Below, one piece after another: positions 27,013 through 36,075 of a stretch of DNA of 64,000 bases. The stretch comes from a virus (lineage: Duplodnaviria > Caudoviricetes): positions 1 to 64,000 of IMG/VR virus record IMGVR_UViG_2706795240_000001; one strand, 5' to 3'. The notes beneath the pieces were generated by a model that ran no database searches, was not told the origin of the DNA, and worked only from the letters and a program-made list of their open reading frames with translations. Position 1 is the stretch's first letter. Each line of letters opens with the position of its first letter. The translations under genes and the position numbers were made by a program.

Positions 27013-28752
27013 ATGCCTTACCCGCCGAATCGCCTTATTGAAGAGGCATTTCTCGCTCCAACCGTCGAAGTTATTCGACGGGTCGAGATTTACGAGTACG
27101 ACGGCGAGACGCCCTGGAAACCTGAATTGTGGCCTTACATCCTGGTCGGAGGAAATGTTAATGTTTCCTCCGACCAGGATTCTCGGCGTTCTGCCGATTT
27201 TGAATTCTACAATGAGGGCGGGGAACTCACACCAGAGGCCGGTAAATTCTGGTACGATAAAATCATTAAAGCCTATTACGGTATCGTGACTCACAAGGAA
27301 AACGAGGGTCGCGAACCTAGCATTATTATTATCGAAGAAGAGTCGGCACTTAATCAGGGCGTCATGCTTAAAAAGCTGCTGTCCGAGGCTGGCGTTCATT
27401 TCGTAGAATACAACCCATTGATTGATACGCTGGCGGAAGTACAGGATTACGATATTCTCGTGTCCATCAGCGGAGACTACACGCGTAAATTGCCGCTGTT
27501 GACCGCTGCATACACTGCCGGTAAGTCGGTCCTGACGTTTGGCCTTAACTCAACCGCTGCCCAACTACCCCTGTTGATCACCAGCACCTCAGCGGTGCGA
27601 TCTGGGGACGATGCGCGGCACTTCGAGAACGCGGGGGCCGCCGACCCGGCGTCGGCAGGCTGGGACTCGTGGAATGTGGCCACGCCGGGGAGCTATCGGC
27701 CCATCGTGGCCACGCCGGGGGTCACGGTCGCGCTGGAGCAGCGTAATTCGTTCGGACTTGGGGCGGTACTTCGCGAGGGCGCAGAAACCGGCGTATGGAT
27801 TCATACGCAAATGGCCAAGTTCGATAATTCAGTGTTCGCCGATCCTTCTGATCGCGAAGGCTTTATCGAGTATCTTGCAGCCATTGTTAATCGGGCAGAC
27901 ACGTACGATATTGAGAAGAACTGGGAAGCACAGGTTGGCGAATTCATCCCCGAGGCAATCTCGGACGGTGGAGACGTAATCACGAATACAATCACGGTTA
28001 CGGCCAGGGATTATGCAAAGCGTTGCCAGAGCAGCAAGCTGGCTAAGGCAACTCTTTTTCCCGCCGATCAGAGCATCATTGAGATCATCAAGGCTCTGGC
28101 GAATAACTCGAACGTATTCAAGACCAGGTTGCCAGAGACGCTGAATATCAAGCTCGGCAAGGACACGACCTATGAACGGGACCAGGATAGATGGACCGTA
28201 ATGAAGGAAATTGCCGTTGCGAACAATATGGATTTGTGGTTTGACAACGAGGGCTATCTCCGTCTTACGCCACAGAATGATCCGTTGTTGACTCCGGCTA
28301 CACTTCAATTAACAACCGGTGATCGAGGAAACTTGATTTCTCGTGGCAGGAAAACTTCTGATGCCGGACTGTTCAATCATGTGACAGTAGTTGGCGAAAG
28401 CTCCGACAAGAGTGTTCCTCTGGTTTTTGGTGAGGCGGCGAATAATGATCCGCTGTCGCCAAGTTCAATTCAGAGAATTGGTTGGCGAACAAAGAACATT
28501 TCTTCTCCGCTTATTACTAGCGATCAGCAGGCGCAGGAGATTGCGAATACTATGCTATCGGTCTCGTCGCTAGAGGAATTTGAACTCGACTTTTCGAGCA
28601 TTCTTTTCCCGTGGGTAGAGGCTGGCGAAATTCTAGAAATGAACGAAGACATTGCAGGCTGGGCACCGGCGAGGTATTTGATTACATCGTTGACCCTGCC
28701 TTTTGATCTTTCTCCGATGACGGGAACAGGAAAGCGGGTGACCAAGCTATGA
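27013..28752 (+). CDS. Minor tail protein (baseplate hub-like) with internal inserted domain
   Basis: Second gene after TMP. VNVSSDQDSRRSAD, DLWFDNEGYLRLTP and FNHVTVVGES hub-like motifs. Confidence 0.7.
   Translation: MPYPPNRLIEEAFLAPTVEVIRRVEIYEYDGETPWKPELWPYILVGGNVNVSSDQDSRRSADFEFYNEGGELTPEAGKFWYDKIIKAYYGIVTHKENEGREPSIIIIEEESALNQGVMLKKLLSEAGVHFVEYNPLIDTLAEVQDYDILVSISGDYTRKLPLLTAAYTAGKSVLTFGLNSTAAQLPLLITSTSAVRSGDDARHFENAGAADPASAGWDSWNVATPGSYRPIVATPGVTVALEQRNSFGLGAVLREGAETGVWIHTQMAKFDNSVFADPSDREGFIEYLAAIVNRADTYDIEKNWEAQVGEFIPEAISDGGDVITNTITVTARDYAKRCQSSKLAKATLFPADQSIIEIIKALANNSNVFKTRLPETLNIKLGKDTTYERDQDRWTVMKEIAVANNMDLWFDNEGYLRLTPQNDPLLTPATLQLTTGDRGNLISRGRKTSDAGLFNHVTVVGESSDKSVPLVFGEAANNDPLSPSSIQRIGWRTKNISSPLITSDQQAQEIANTMLSVSSLEEFELDFSSILFPWVEAGEILEMNEDIAGWAPARYLITSLTLPFDLSPMTGTGKRVTKL
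27676..27720 (+). repeat. 15-bp direct repeat GTGGCCACGCCGGGG x2 (VATPG) in a GC-rich patch
   Basis: Copies at 27676-27690 and 27706-27720. Confidence 0.85.
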
Positions 28753-31493
28753 GTGGACTTGCTGATCTATATACAGCTCAACAAATCGACAGATACATTG
28801 ACGAGAAGATCGCCAATGGACTAATTAAACAGCGACCCGCACCTAAGTATGCAATTGTCAAGTCGATTGATACCGAGGCGTCGATTGCCGAAGTCTCGTA
28901 CATCGGTGAAGATTCGGTTGTTAAGGTTCCGTTCGGCGTAGCTGCTCCGAGTGAAATTGGTCAAGAGGTGCGCATTGAGGGAGTGCCCGGTGATCGATTT
29001 ATCGCGTCTGTTCGTGGAACCACTGCTGTAGAGCAGGGGATTTCAGATAACGCCGATCAGATCGAGGTCAATAAGCAGGATATTACTGACGCGCTTCTTG
29101 GGACATACGAGGGCGACGATCCTATTTTGAGTCAGCTCATGGGCTGGGCGGGATCGATCGGTCAGGACGTTTCTTTTGACGCATTGCTTGCCGCGCTTAA
29201 GGGCGAATATACTGGCGAAAATCCGGTCCTGATTGCAATTCAGAATGTCACCAAGCCGATTCGCATCATCTTTGATGGTGCCGGTCTTATTCCTGACTGG
29301 CTTCTGCCTGGAATTTCTATTGGCAAGTTGACCGATAATTCGGTGAACCTCATTGCCGATGGTGCGTTTCAGTTGCCCCCGCCGACCAGCAACCCAGCCG
29401 GTAGTTGGTATCACTCGGAGACCGGCGGTCGCGGAGATACCGGTGCGGCGGCATTTGATGCAAATGGAACAGCGGAAGAGATTCTTTCTGCTCCGATTCC
29501 GAGTGCAGATGATTTGACGTTCATTGGATATGCCAGGACAGAGGGCGCATACGCTCCAGGCAGCGGTGACACATTTGTCGTCACCGGATACGCCTATGAT
29601 GGAGCAAACGTCCTGGTCGAAACGAAGACGCTGGTCTCCGGTCGCCCCGGGGACGCGTGGATGGAATTTTCCGGAACGTGGAATCCAACTTCGTCTGCCA
29701 CGAATATTGTTCTTGGACTTAAGGCCACTTCTGTCCTACAGTCAGGAACAATTTTTGTTGATGATGCTCGTCTCAGCCGTCCGCAAAGCATTCCGCAAGC
29801 GTGGGTTCAAAACCTTCTCGATGATTTGCAGGGAATGTTCGGATGGATCGAGACGCTTGTCGACAATCTTTTGGGCAGCTTCGGGCTTCCGGCAATTGGT
29901 GATCTATTCGATAGGATCATCGATCTTGGTGACGAGATAGCCGACTTCTTCGGCCTCGGCCAGGACACGGCAGGCGGACTAGATACGCTGATCGATAAGC
30001 TGCTTCACAACCCTCTGGAGGCTTTGGGTCAAATTCCGCAGAGTCTTGTTACAGGGCTGAATACCGCTTTGAACAATGCCAACAACTTCATTCAGAACGT
30101 GATTAATGTCATCATTCAGGGCATCAAGAAGGTTCCGATTGTCGGAGGCTCAATTGCAAATTTGCTTGAAGCTGTTACCGGTCTGACAAATACTGTCGAG
30201 ACTACTGAAACGAATGTCACGATTGTTCAAACTCAGGTTACTGCTGTCCAGGAAGTTTTTTCGGTTACGTCGACAAAGCCGCTGTGGACCTGTTTGGACC
30301 CTACTGCGGACTCGTCGTTTCCGTTGGCGGAACTTCGTCAGCCGGTTCCGCATACTCACACGTACGGTGAGGGTAGTTTCCCGTCAACAAAGACTTCCGG
30401 CTCTAGCGGTATCTTTGAATTTAATGTGACTGGAACTCAGTTCGTTGGAGCCAATATTCGCGTTGGTGAATCTGGCGTTAGGGATCAAATTAGCATCATG
30501 GCCCGTCGAACGGGAACCGTGAATGACTTTTATGGTTATGCCTTCAAGATGAATCCGGACGGCAGCTTTACGCACTTGACGGTTACCGCAAATATGGCGT
30601 CTGATCTTACTACTGCAAGCTCGTGGATTACGTCGCAGTTCGATCAGCAGGTTATTGTTGAGCCTGGGGATACTATTCTGATAATCTTCTCCGGAAGTGG
30701 AACCGTTAGTATCATGGGAATCCAGACGGTTTTTCCGTCTATTGTCACCGGATTTAGGCCGCGCCAGATTGGATTCGACATTGGAGCGGGAGGTGTTGTT
30801 TCTGACCCCAGTGGAAATCCATTTATCAGTACAATCAACGCCGACTCTGCGTACAGCCAGAAAACGCCTTACGTTGAACTTGGTCGCGATATTGGACAGG
30901 CAGCAAAGCGCAGCTTCTTCGATAACTTCAATAGAAGCAGCCTCGGTAATAGTTGGCTTCTCGGTCGATATGACAGCCTGAATGGAACATCTGGTGGATC
31001 GAACCTGACTATTAAGTCGAATAGGGTCGAGAACGTTAGCTCTCAGCTCACTCAGCAAAGAGCGTGGGGAATGTACACTGTTCCACTTTCCACTGATAAC
31101 ATTTCCTGTGAAGTTGATGTTACCGGCAATGATTCTCCAGAATGTGGGCTGATGGTTTGCGCTAGCTCCACTCAGGGCAATTTCATGGCACTATCTGTTA
31201 CGGAGTCCACGGCAGTTCTGGTTACCGCCAATGACCCCGCAGGAAATGGTGCATCGATTAAGAGTACGACCAGCAATGCCGGTGCCGGTCACTGGTCTTT
31301 GACGTATGATATTGCGGATAACACATTCCGTGCCTATAAGAATGGTACACAGGTAATGCAGTGGGTCGACTCTGGAAATCAAATTAAGCACGGTCAGGGC
31401 CAGAGATTCTGCGGAATGTTCATTGACCACAAGATTTTTAATTCTGGACCAGCGCTAGATAATTGGCACGCTTACGATATAGTGGAGGCATAA
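28749..31493 (+). CDS. Minor tail protein with carbohydrate-binding-like domains (receptor-binding candidate)
   Basis: 914 aa. Galactose-binding-like segment (NLIADGAF...FVDDARL) and C-terminal ConA-like segment (FFDNFNRSSLG...WVDSGN). Confidence 0.7.
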   Translation: MSGLADLYTAQQIDRYIDEKIANGLIKQRPAPKYAIVKSIDTEASIAEVSYIGEDSVVKVPFGVAAPSEIGQEVRIEGVPGDRFIASVRGTTAVEQGISDNADQIEVNKQDITDALLGTYEGDDPILSQLMGWAGSIGQDVSFDALLAALKGEYTGENPVLIAIQNVTKPIRIIFDGAGLIPDWLLPGISIGKLTDNSVNLIADGAFQLPPPTSNPAGSWYHSETGGRGDTGAAAFDANGTAEEILSAPIPSADDLTFIGYARTEGAYAPGSGDTFVVTGYAYDGANVLVETKTLVSGRPGDAWMEFSGTWNPTSSATNIVLGLKATSVLQSGTIFVDDARLSRPQSIPQAWVQNLLDDLQGMFGWIETLVDNLLGSFGLPAIGDLFDRIIDLGDEIADFFGLGQDTAGGLDTLIDKLLHNPLEALGQIPQSLVTGLNTALNNANNFIQNVINVIIQGIKKVPIVGGSIANLLEAVTGLTNTVETTETNVTIVQTQVTAVQEVFSVTSTKPLWTCLDPTADSSFPLAELRQPVPHTHTYGEGSFPSTKTSGSSGIFEFNVTGTQFVGANIRVGESGVRDQISIMARRTGTVNDFYGYAFKMNPDGSFTHLTVTANMASDLTTASSWITSQFDQQVIVEPGDTILIIFSGSGTVSIMGIQTVFPSIVTGFRPRQIGFDIGAGGVVSDPSGNPFISTINADSAYSQKTPYVELGRDIGQAAKRSFFDNFNRSSLGNSWLLGRYDSLNGTSGGSNLTIKSNRVENVSSQLTQQRAWGMYTVPLSTDNISCEVDVTGNDSPECGLMVCASSTQGNFMALSVTESTAVLVTANDPAGNGASIKSTTSNAGAGHWSLTYDIADNTFRAYKNGTQVMQWVDSGNQIKHGQGQRFCGMFIDHKIFNSGPALDNWHAYDIVEA

Positions 31494-31494
31494 A

Positions 31495-33216
31495 ATGACA
31501 GCTCCGTGGTACTCCAGAGGCCCGAAGGGCGACAAAGGAGACAAGGGCGATACCGGAACCGGCGTCCAGGGTCCGCCCGGTCCTGCAAACGTGCTCACTG
31601 CTGGCCCGGTAACAACGCTTGCTCCCGGCGAGGATGCAGCTATTGATCTGGTTACTACTAGTCCCGGTAACCAGCGACTTGACGCATCTATTCCACGCGG
31701 GGCAAAGGGTGACAAGGGTGATCAGGGAAATGTCGGTCCGGCTAGCGCGCTCTCGTTGGGCACGACTAATACCGGCGCTCCTGGAACAAATGCCATTGTT
31801 GAATTGAGTGGCAGTGCTCCGTCTCAGGTTATCTCATTCACCATTCCACGAGGCAGCAAGGGTGATCAGGGAAATCAGGGTGATATAGGTCCGGAGGGGC
31901 CGCGAGGCTACGGCTATTTTGCTAATGCAGGTGTGCCAACTGTTACCGAGCCAAGCGGACCGCCTGATGACGACCTTGTCTGGTATCTGGACACCATCAC
32001 TGGTGAATTTTGGATTTGGGTAGAAACCACTCCTGGAACAAAAGCGTGGGTTCATCAGCCAGCTCGCGGAAGCCTAAAGGGCGCAAAGGGTGATCAGGGT
32101 CTCCCCGGCGGGAAGGGGGATAAGGGTGACCAGGGCGATCCTGGACCGGCGAATTCGCTTGCAATTGGAACGGTCACTGGACTTGGAACCGGGGCAACGC
32201 CTACCGCGAGCATTACCGGTGCCGCGCCGTCCCAGACCCTTAATTTGGGACTGCCTGCTGGCCCAAAGGGCGACAAGGGCGATAAGGGCGATCCTGGAGA
32301 CGACGGGGAAGTGTCGGAGGCAATGCTTAACACGGCGGTCAATAATGCTGTGGCGGCATTGGTTGACGGCTCCCCCGCCGCGCTGGACACGCTAAATGAA
32401 TTGGCAGCGGCTTTGGGCGATGATCCAAATTTCGCAACCACCATGACGAACGCTCTTGCGGAAAAGGTCGGGAATACAGACAGCCGCTTGGCCGATAGCC
32501 GGACCCCTACCGACGGCTCGGTTACTCAGGCAAAGTTGGCTCCAAATGGCGGATTTTTCAACAAGCTAAATTTGAGTGATCTTACTGCACCTGGTTACAC
32601 ATTTGGCAAGGGAAATTGGATCGTTGTCGATGACAGTGATCCAAATCCCGCAAATCACTTCATGATGTACATTGTGTATGGAGCAAACCAGGGTGAGTCG
32701 CCTGGAGACGCTTCTGCGCGTGGGATTATGACTCCGGTAATTGTAAACGTAGGCTCTGCGCTTTCGTTTGCCAATGGCACCATTGATGTCTTTGACAGTG
32801 GTATTACCTCTGCCAAGATCAACGGCGGTGCGGTAACAGCGGCCAAGATCGCTGGCGGAGTTCTTCCGATGGACATGTCATTTATTGTGTTCGGCAAGGA
32901 TACAACGCGAGCGGCGGGGACCGGCGATAATCCTTTTGGTCACAAGTTCCAGAGAAACGTAACGGTTCAGTCTGTAACGTTTCGATGCCTAACCGCTGAT
33001 GCCTCTGGAAATCTGGTAGTCGAAATTTGCAAGAACGGAACAGCAGTAAGCGGAACGAATACCACGCTTTCGGCAGCCAATCAGGTTGGCGGGGTTACCA
33101 CCAGTGGCCTGTCTGCAACCTTTTCTGCTGGAGATATCATCACAATTCAGGTAACCGGCGTTGGCACCACTCCTGGCAAGGGTCTGGTCGCAGATATCAA
33201 GGCGGTTGCTTCATGA
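31495..33216 (+). CDS. Collagen-like tail fibre protein
   Basis: GPKGDKGDKG Gly-X-Y runs, three related ~45-aa modules, and the motif LVDGSPAALDTLNELAAALGDDPNFATT. Confidence 0.8.
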   Translation: MTAPWYSRGPKGDKGDKGDTGTGVQGPPGPANVLTAGPVTTLAPGEDAAIDLVTTSPGNQRLDASIPRGAKGDKGDQGNVGPASALSLGTTNTGAPGTNAIVELSGSAPSQVISFTIPRGSKGDQGNQGDIGPEGPRGYGYFANAGVPTVTEPSGPPDDDLVWYLDTITGEFWIWVETTPGTKAWVHQPARGSLKGAKGDQGLPGGKGDKGDQGDPGPANSLAIGTVTGLGTGATPTASITGAAPSQTLNLGLPAGPKGDKGDKGDPGDDGEVSEAMLNTAVNNAVAALVDGSPAALDTLNELAAALGDDPNFATTMTNALAEKVGNTDSRLADSRTPTDGSVTQAKLAPNGGFFNKLNLSDLTAPGYTFGKGNWIVVDDSDPNPANHFMMYIVYGANQGESPGDASARGIMTPVIVNVGSALSFANGTIDVFDSGITSAKINGGAVTAAKIAGGVLPMDMSFIVFGKDTTRAAGTGDNPFGHKFQRNVTVQSVTFRCLTADASGNLVVEICKNGTAVSGTNTTLSAANQVGGVTTSGLSATFSAGDIITIQVTGVGTTPGKGLVADIKAVAS

Positions 33217-33800
33217 TCATCAGCTTCCCTCCAGCGGCGTCCGCGAGGCCGGTGTATGATAATTCGGCATCCACAAAGGGTGCGTACAATGGCGGATCGG
33301 TAACCCTGACTACTGCGGCAAATGCAACTTTAATCATTTACACACAGGGTGGAGCTTCATCTATTCCAAAGATCGACGGCATTGATGCGACCTTACTTGC
33401 AACATTTTCGTCTAATACTTATCGCCTTTGGCGATCGCCAATTGCTGGAATTACCGCTGGCTCACACACGATTACTGGCACTGGGGACCTAAATGCAACC
33501 GCCGTCGGTTCTTACACTGGAGTTACGACGGTATCTGGGGCGGCAGTCAGCGGCCTGAGCGGGACAACCGCGTTTGCCGTTACTCCTACTGGGTCCGGAG
33601 TCGTTATTGTAGGCGCAGCCTTTGGAACAAGGATTGGGGACACTGGATTTGTTTCAAACGGAACCCAGAGAACCCTATCCAGAAATACGGTTCCATCCAC
33701 GTCGGGCATAGTCCTGACCGACTCTGAGATTGCCACGCAGGCTTCATTCGGGGCGTCCAGTAGTGGTTCTTGGTATATCGGAGCAGTCTGGCTGTCATAA
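33213..33800 (+). CDS. Minor tail protein / fibre-associated protein (195 aa)
   Basis: ATGA overlap with the fibre stop gives start 33213 (MIISFPP). Thr/Gly/Ser-rich beta protein. Confidence 0.65.
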   Translation: MIISFPPAASARPVYDNSASTKGAYNGGSVTLTTAANATLIIYTQGGASSIPKIDGIDATLLATFSSNTYRLWRSPIAGITAGSHTITGTGDLNATAVGSYTGVTTVSGAAVSGLSGTTAFAVTPTGSGVVIVGAAFGTRIGDTGFVSNGTQRTLSRNTVPSTSGIVLTDSEIATQASFGASSSGSWYIGAVWLS

Positions 33801-33804
33801 TAAT

Positions 33805-33854
33805 TGCCAGTCCACGGTAAATCCCCTTTGCTGGGGGCATACCGTGGACTGGCA
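33805..33854. terminator. Long stem-loop between tail genes and lysis cassette
   Basis: Perfect 15-bp outer stem TGCCAGTCCACGGTA/TACCGTGGACTGGCA with an inner CCCC/GGGG stem. No U tract. Confidence 0.6.
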
Positions 33855-33880
33855 CAACCAAGAGGGGATAGGCTGATCGC

Positions 33881-34582
33881 ATGACAAGAACGCTCATTGA
33901 TTCGGGAGCGCGGATCGAGGCTGCCGGTATCAAGCGCGCTGGTCACGTCGGTTCGTTCGGCTATTTGAGCACGTCCCGACCTGGAACATTTTTCAGCGGG
34001 AAACCCATTCGCCAGGATTGGGTTAACGACATGAATTCTCTTGGACTCATGATTGTTTCGTGCTGGCAATTCGGAAAGAACGCGACTGCCGACTGGCGGC
34101 GCGGATTTAATGGTGGAGTAGCAGATGCAAAAGCCGCAGCACGCAAGCACCGTGAGCTTGGTGGGCCGGATGACGCCCCTATTTATTTCGCTGTTGATGA
34201 CGATGTTAATCTTAGCGATTACCGCCTTTTCGTACGTCCTTACCTTCAAGGGGTTAACTCGGTTATTGGAGTTAATCGAACCGGGGTGTACGGACATGAC
34301 GAATGCGTGACATGGGCCGCTACTGATCAGCTTTTGGGTAAAACCCGCGACGGCTCGGGAAAGACTTTTGGCTGGCAAACGCGCGCATGGTCGGAGGGCG
34401 ATATCTCCCGATATGCCTGTGTCTATCAGCGAATCGTGGATACCGCATCGACACCGGGGCCGCCGATTGACGGCAACCCTACTGACGTGAACGACATGCT
34501 ATGTGACGATATCGGCCAGTGGAATTACGGCGGCGGTAAGTGGAATGACATTCTTACTCAAATGCTCGGAACAAAGGATTGA
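33881..34582 (+). CDS. Lysin A, glycoside hydrolase (DUF1906 / Rv2525c-like) subunit
   Basis: GYLSTSRPG...GKPI, GGVADA...ARKHRELGGP...PIYFAVDDD, TGVYG and WQTRAWS are DUF1906-type motifs. Ends WNDILTQMLGTKD. Confidence 0.85.
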   Translation: MTRTLIDSGARIEAAGIKRAGHVGSFGYLSTSRPGTFFSGKPIRQDWVNDMNSLGLMIVSCWQFGKNATADWRRGFNGGVADAKAAARKHRELGGPDDAPIYFAVDDDVNLSDYRLFVRPYLQGVNSVIGVNRTGVYGHDECVTWAATDQLLGKTRDGSGKTFGWQTRAWSEGDISRYACVYQRIVDTASTPGPPIDGNPTDVNDMLCDDIGQWNYGGGKWNDILTQMLGTKD

Positions 34583-34585
34583 GCA

Positions 34586-34939
34586 ATGCAGTATAAGCAA
34601 TTCATTCTTGACGAACTCATGAGCGATGAACTCGCTGAAAAGGTCGAGAATGACGTAATCGATAATCTGCGCGCTAGCTTGGCGGCGGATGACGACCCGT
34701 CTAACGACGACCATGAAATCCTTATTACGCGGGGCGTCGGCGCTGACGCGAGTGGCCGGACCGGAACCTATATCATCGGCACCGTCGATGCTGAGCCGGA
34801 ACCGTATCCGGAGGTTTCCCGTGAAGAGTATGAGATTTCCGAGGCAAAGCCAACGAAGTATATGGACAACGCTCCGACAGATTTCAACATTGATGATGAT
34901 GGATATCTGACGCACATGCTTGGAAAGGTTCAGGGCTAA
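34586..34939 (+). CDS. Acidic hypothetical protein in lysis cassette
   Basis: 117 aa, tightly coupled on both sides. Ends GYLTHMLGKVQG. Confidence 0.75.
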   Translation: MQYKQFILDELMSDELAEKVENDVIDNLRASLAADDDPSNDDHEILITRGVGADASGRTGTYIIGTVDAEPEPYPEVSREEYEISEAKPTKYMDNAPTDFNIDDDGYLTHMLGKVQG

Positions 34940-35589
34940 TGGCATACGTTAATGGTCCGCAGATGATGCGGGATATTGCCAACATGTGCCATGAGCTTTT
35001 CGGCACTACTATCGTTTACTCGAATGGCTGGGAAACTCGTGGTAATGGTCAGGACTGGGCTTACGGAGGTCCAAAAGGATTTATTGATCATCACACCGCT
35101 GGTGGTAATAACATTTACCTTGACGGCAATCTCATTACGGGTGTTCCCGGCCTCTCAGGTCCTCTCTGCAACTTTGCAGGTCTTTATGACGGCGACCTTG
35201 CTGTGGTTGCTGCGTACCCCGCAAATCACGCGGGCGCTTCGGGAGGCTGGGATACGGCACCTCTGCCGGTAACCGGAATGTTCAACCGAGAAGTTCTTGG
35301 TATTGAAATGCAGTACCGAGGCGTAGAGCCTATGAGTCCTGCTCAGTATCAGACGCTTCTCGCGGTGAACTACTGTGCCGCAAAGGTTCTTAACTGGCCT
35401 AGCTTTAACCGGATTAAGAACCACCAGGGCACCAGTATTCAGGGCAAGTTCGATATGGGTTTTGCCCCCGGTAAGACGTACGATATCGCAGCGATCCGCC
35501 GTGATATCGCAGCAAAGGGCGGTACCGCCGGTACCGACGATAAGCTCTGGAATGACATTCAACTCCAGATGATGGGCACGAAAGGCTAA
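34939..35589 (+). CDS. Lysin A, N-acetylmuramoyl-L-alanine amidase (Amidase_2) subunit
   Basis: HHTAGG, ANHAG, LGIEM and KNH...GKFDMG zinc-amidase motifs. Ends WNDIQLQMMGTKG. Confidence 0.88.
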   Translation: MAYVNGPQMMRDIANMCHELFGTTIVYSNGWETRGNGQDWAYGGPKGFIDHHTAGGNNIYLDGNLITGVPGLSGPLCNFAGLYDGDLAVVAAYPANHAGASGGWDTAPLPVTGMFNREVLGIEMQYRGVEPMSPAQYQTLLAVNYCAAKVLNWPSFNRIKNHQGTSIQGKFDMGFAPGKTYDIAAIRRDIAAKGGTAGTDDKLWNDIQLQMMGTKG

Positions 35590-35592
35590 ACA

Positions 35593-36075
35593 ATGGAAGT
35601 TGAGTGGAGAAAGGTTCCATTTGACTTCGACTATTCCGTTTCGTCAGCAGGTGAATTGCGAAATGATTCAACGGGAAGAATCCTAAAGCCTAGGAAATGT
35701 CGAAGATATAATTCATTTGCTATGCAGAATTCCGGCAGAAGGATGGACATATCTGCACACACGTTGATTGCAATGGTATTTATCGGAGAAAGGCCACCAG
35801 GGTACGATGTGTGCCATAAAAACGGAATACCATCTGATAATAGGGTAGAAAATCTGTATTACGGAACCAAGAGTCAAAATCAACTAGACTCGGTTAGACA
35901 TGGCACACACAGGGGGTCAAGAAAAACCCATTGTCCCAGAAATCATGAATATGATCGGGTAGACGTAAATGGCGCCAGAAGGTGCTCGACTTGTCTCAAG
36001 ATTGCAAATGATAAGTCAAACCTTAAAAAGAAGATGCGAAAACAATCTGAAAGAAGGTCGAAGGAAAATGCCTAG
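35593..36075 (+). CDS. Free-standing NUMOD4-HNH homing endonuclease
   Basis: EWRKVP...YSVSSAGELRN (NUMOD4), HTLIAMVF...VCHKNGIPSDNRVENL (HNH), C-terminal THCPRNH...CSTC. AT-richer than its neighbours. Confidence 0.9.
   Translation: MEVEWRKVPFDFDYSVSSAGELRNDSTGRILKPRKCRRYNSFAMQNSGRRMDISAHTLIAMVFIGERPPGYDVCHKNGIPSDNRVENLYYGTKSQNQLDSVRHGTHRGSRKTHCPRNHEYDRVDVNGARRCSTCLKIANDKSNLKKKMRKQSERRSKENA

Noticed and set aside
28749-33800. Diversity-generating retroelement acting on tail fibres
   Set aside because: No reverse transcriptase and no TR/VR repeat pair differing at adenines seen in the window.
35590-36070. Possible group I intron around the HNH gene joining amidase and CBD
   Set aside because: The HNH ORF fills the whole interval and both flanking genes have their own stop or start and RBS, so there is no space for a ribozyme core.
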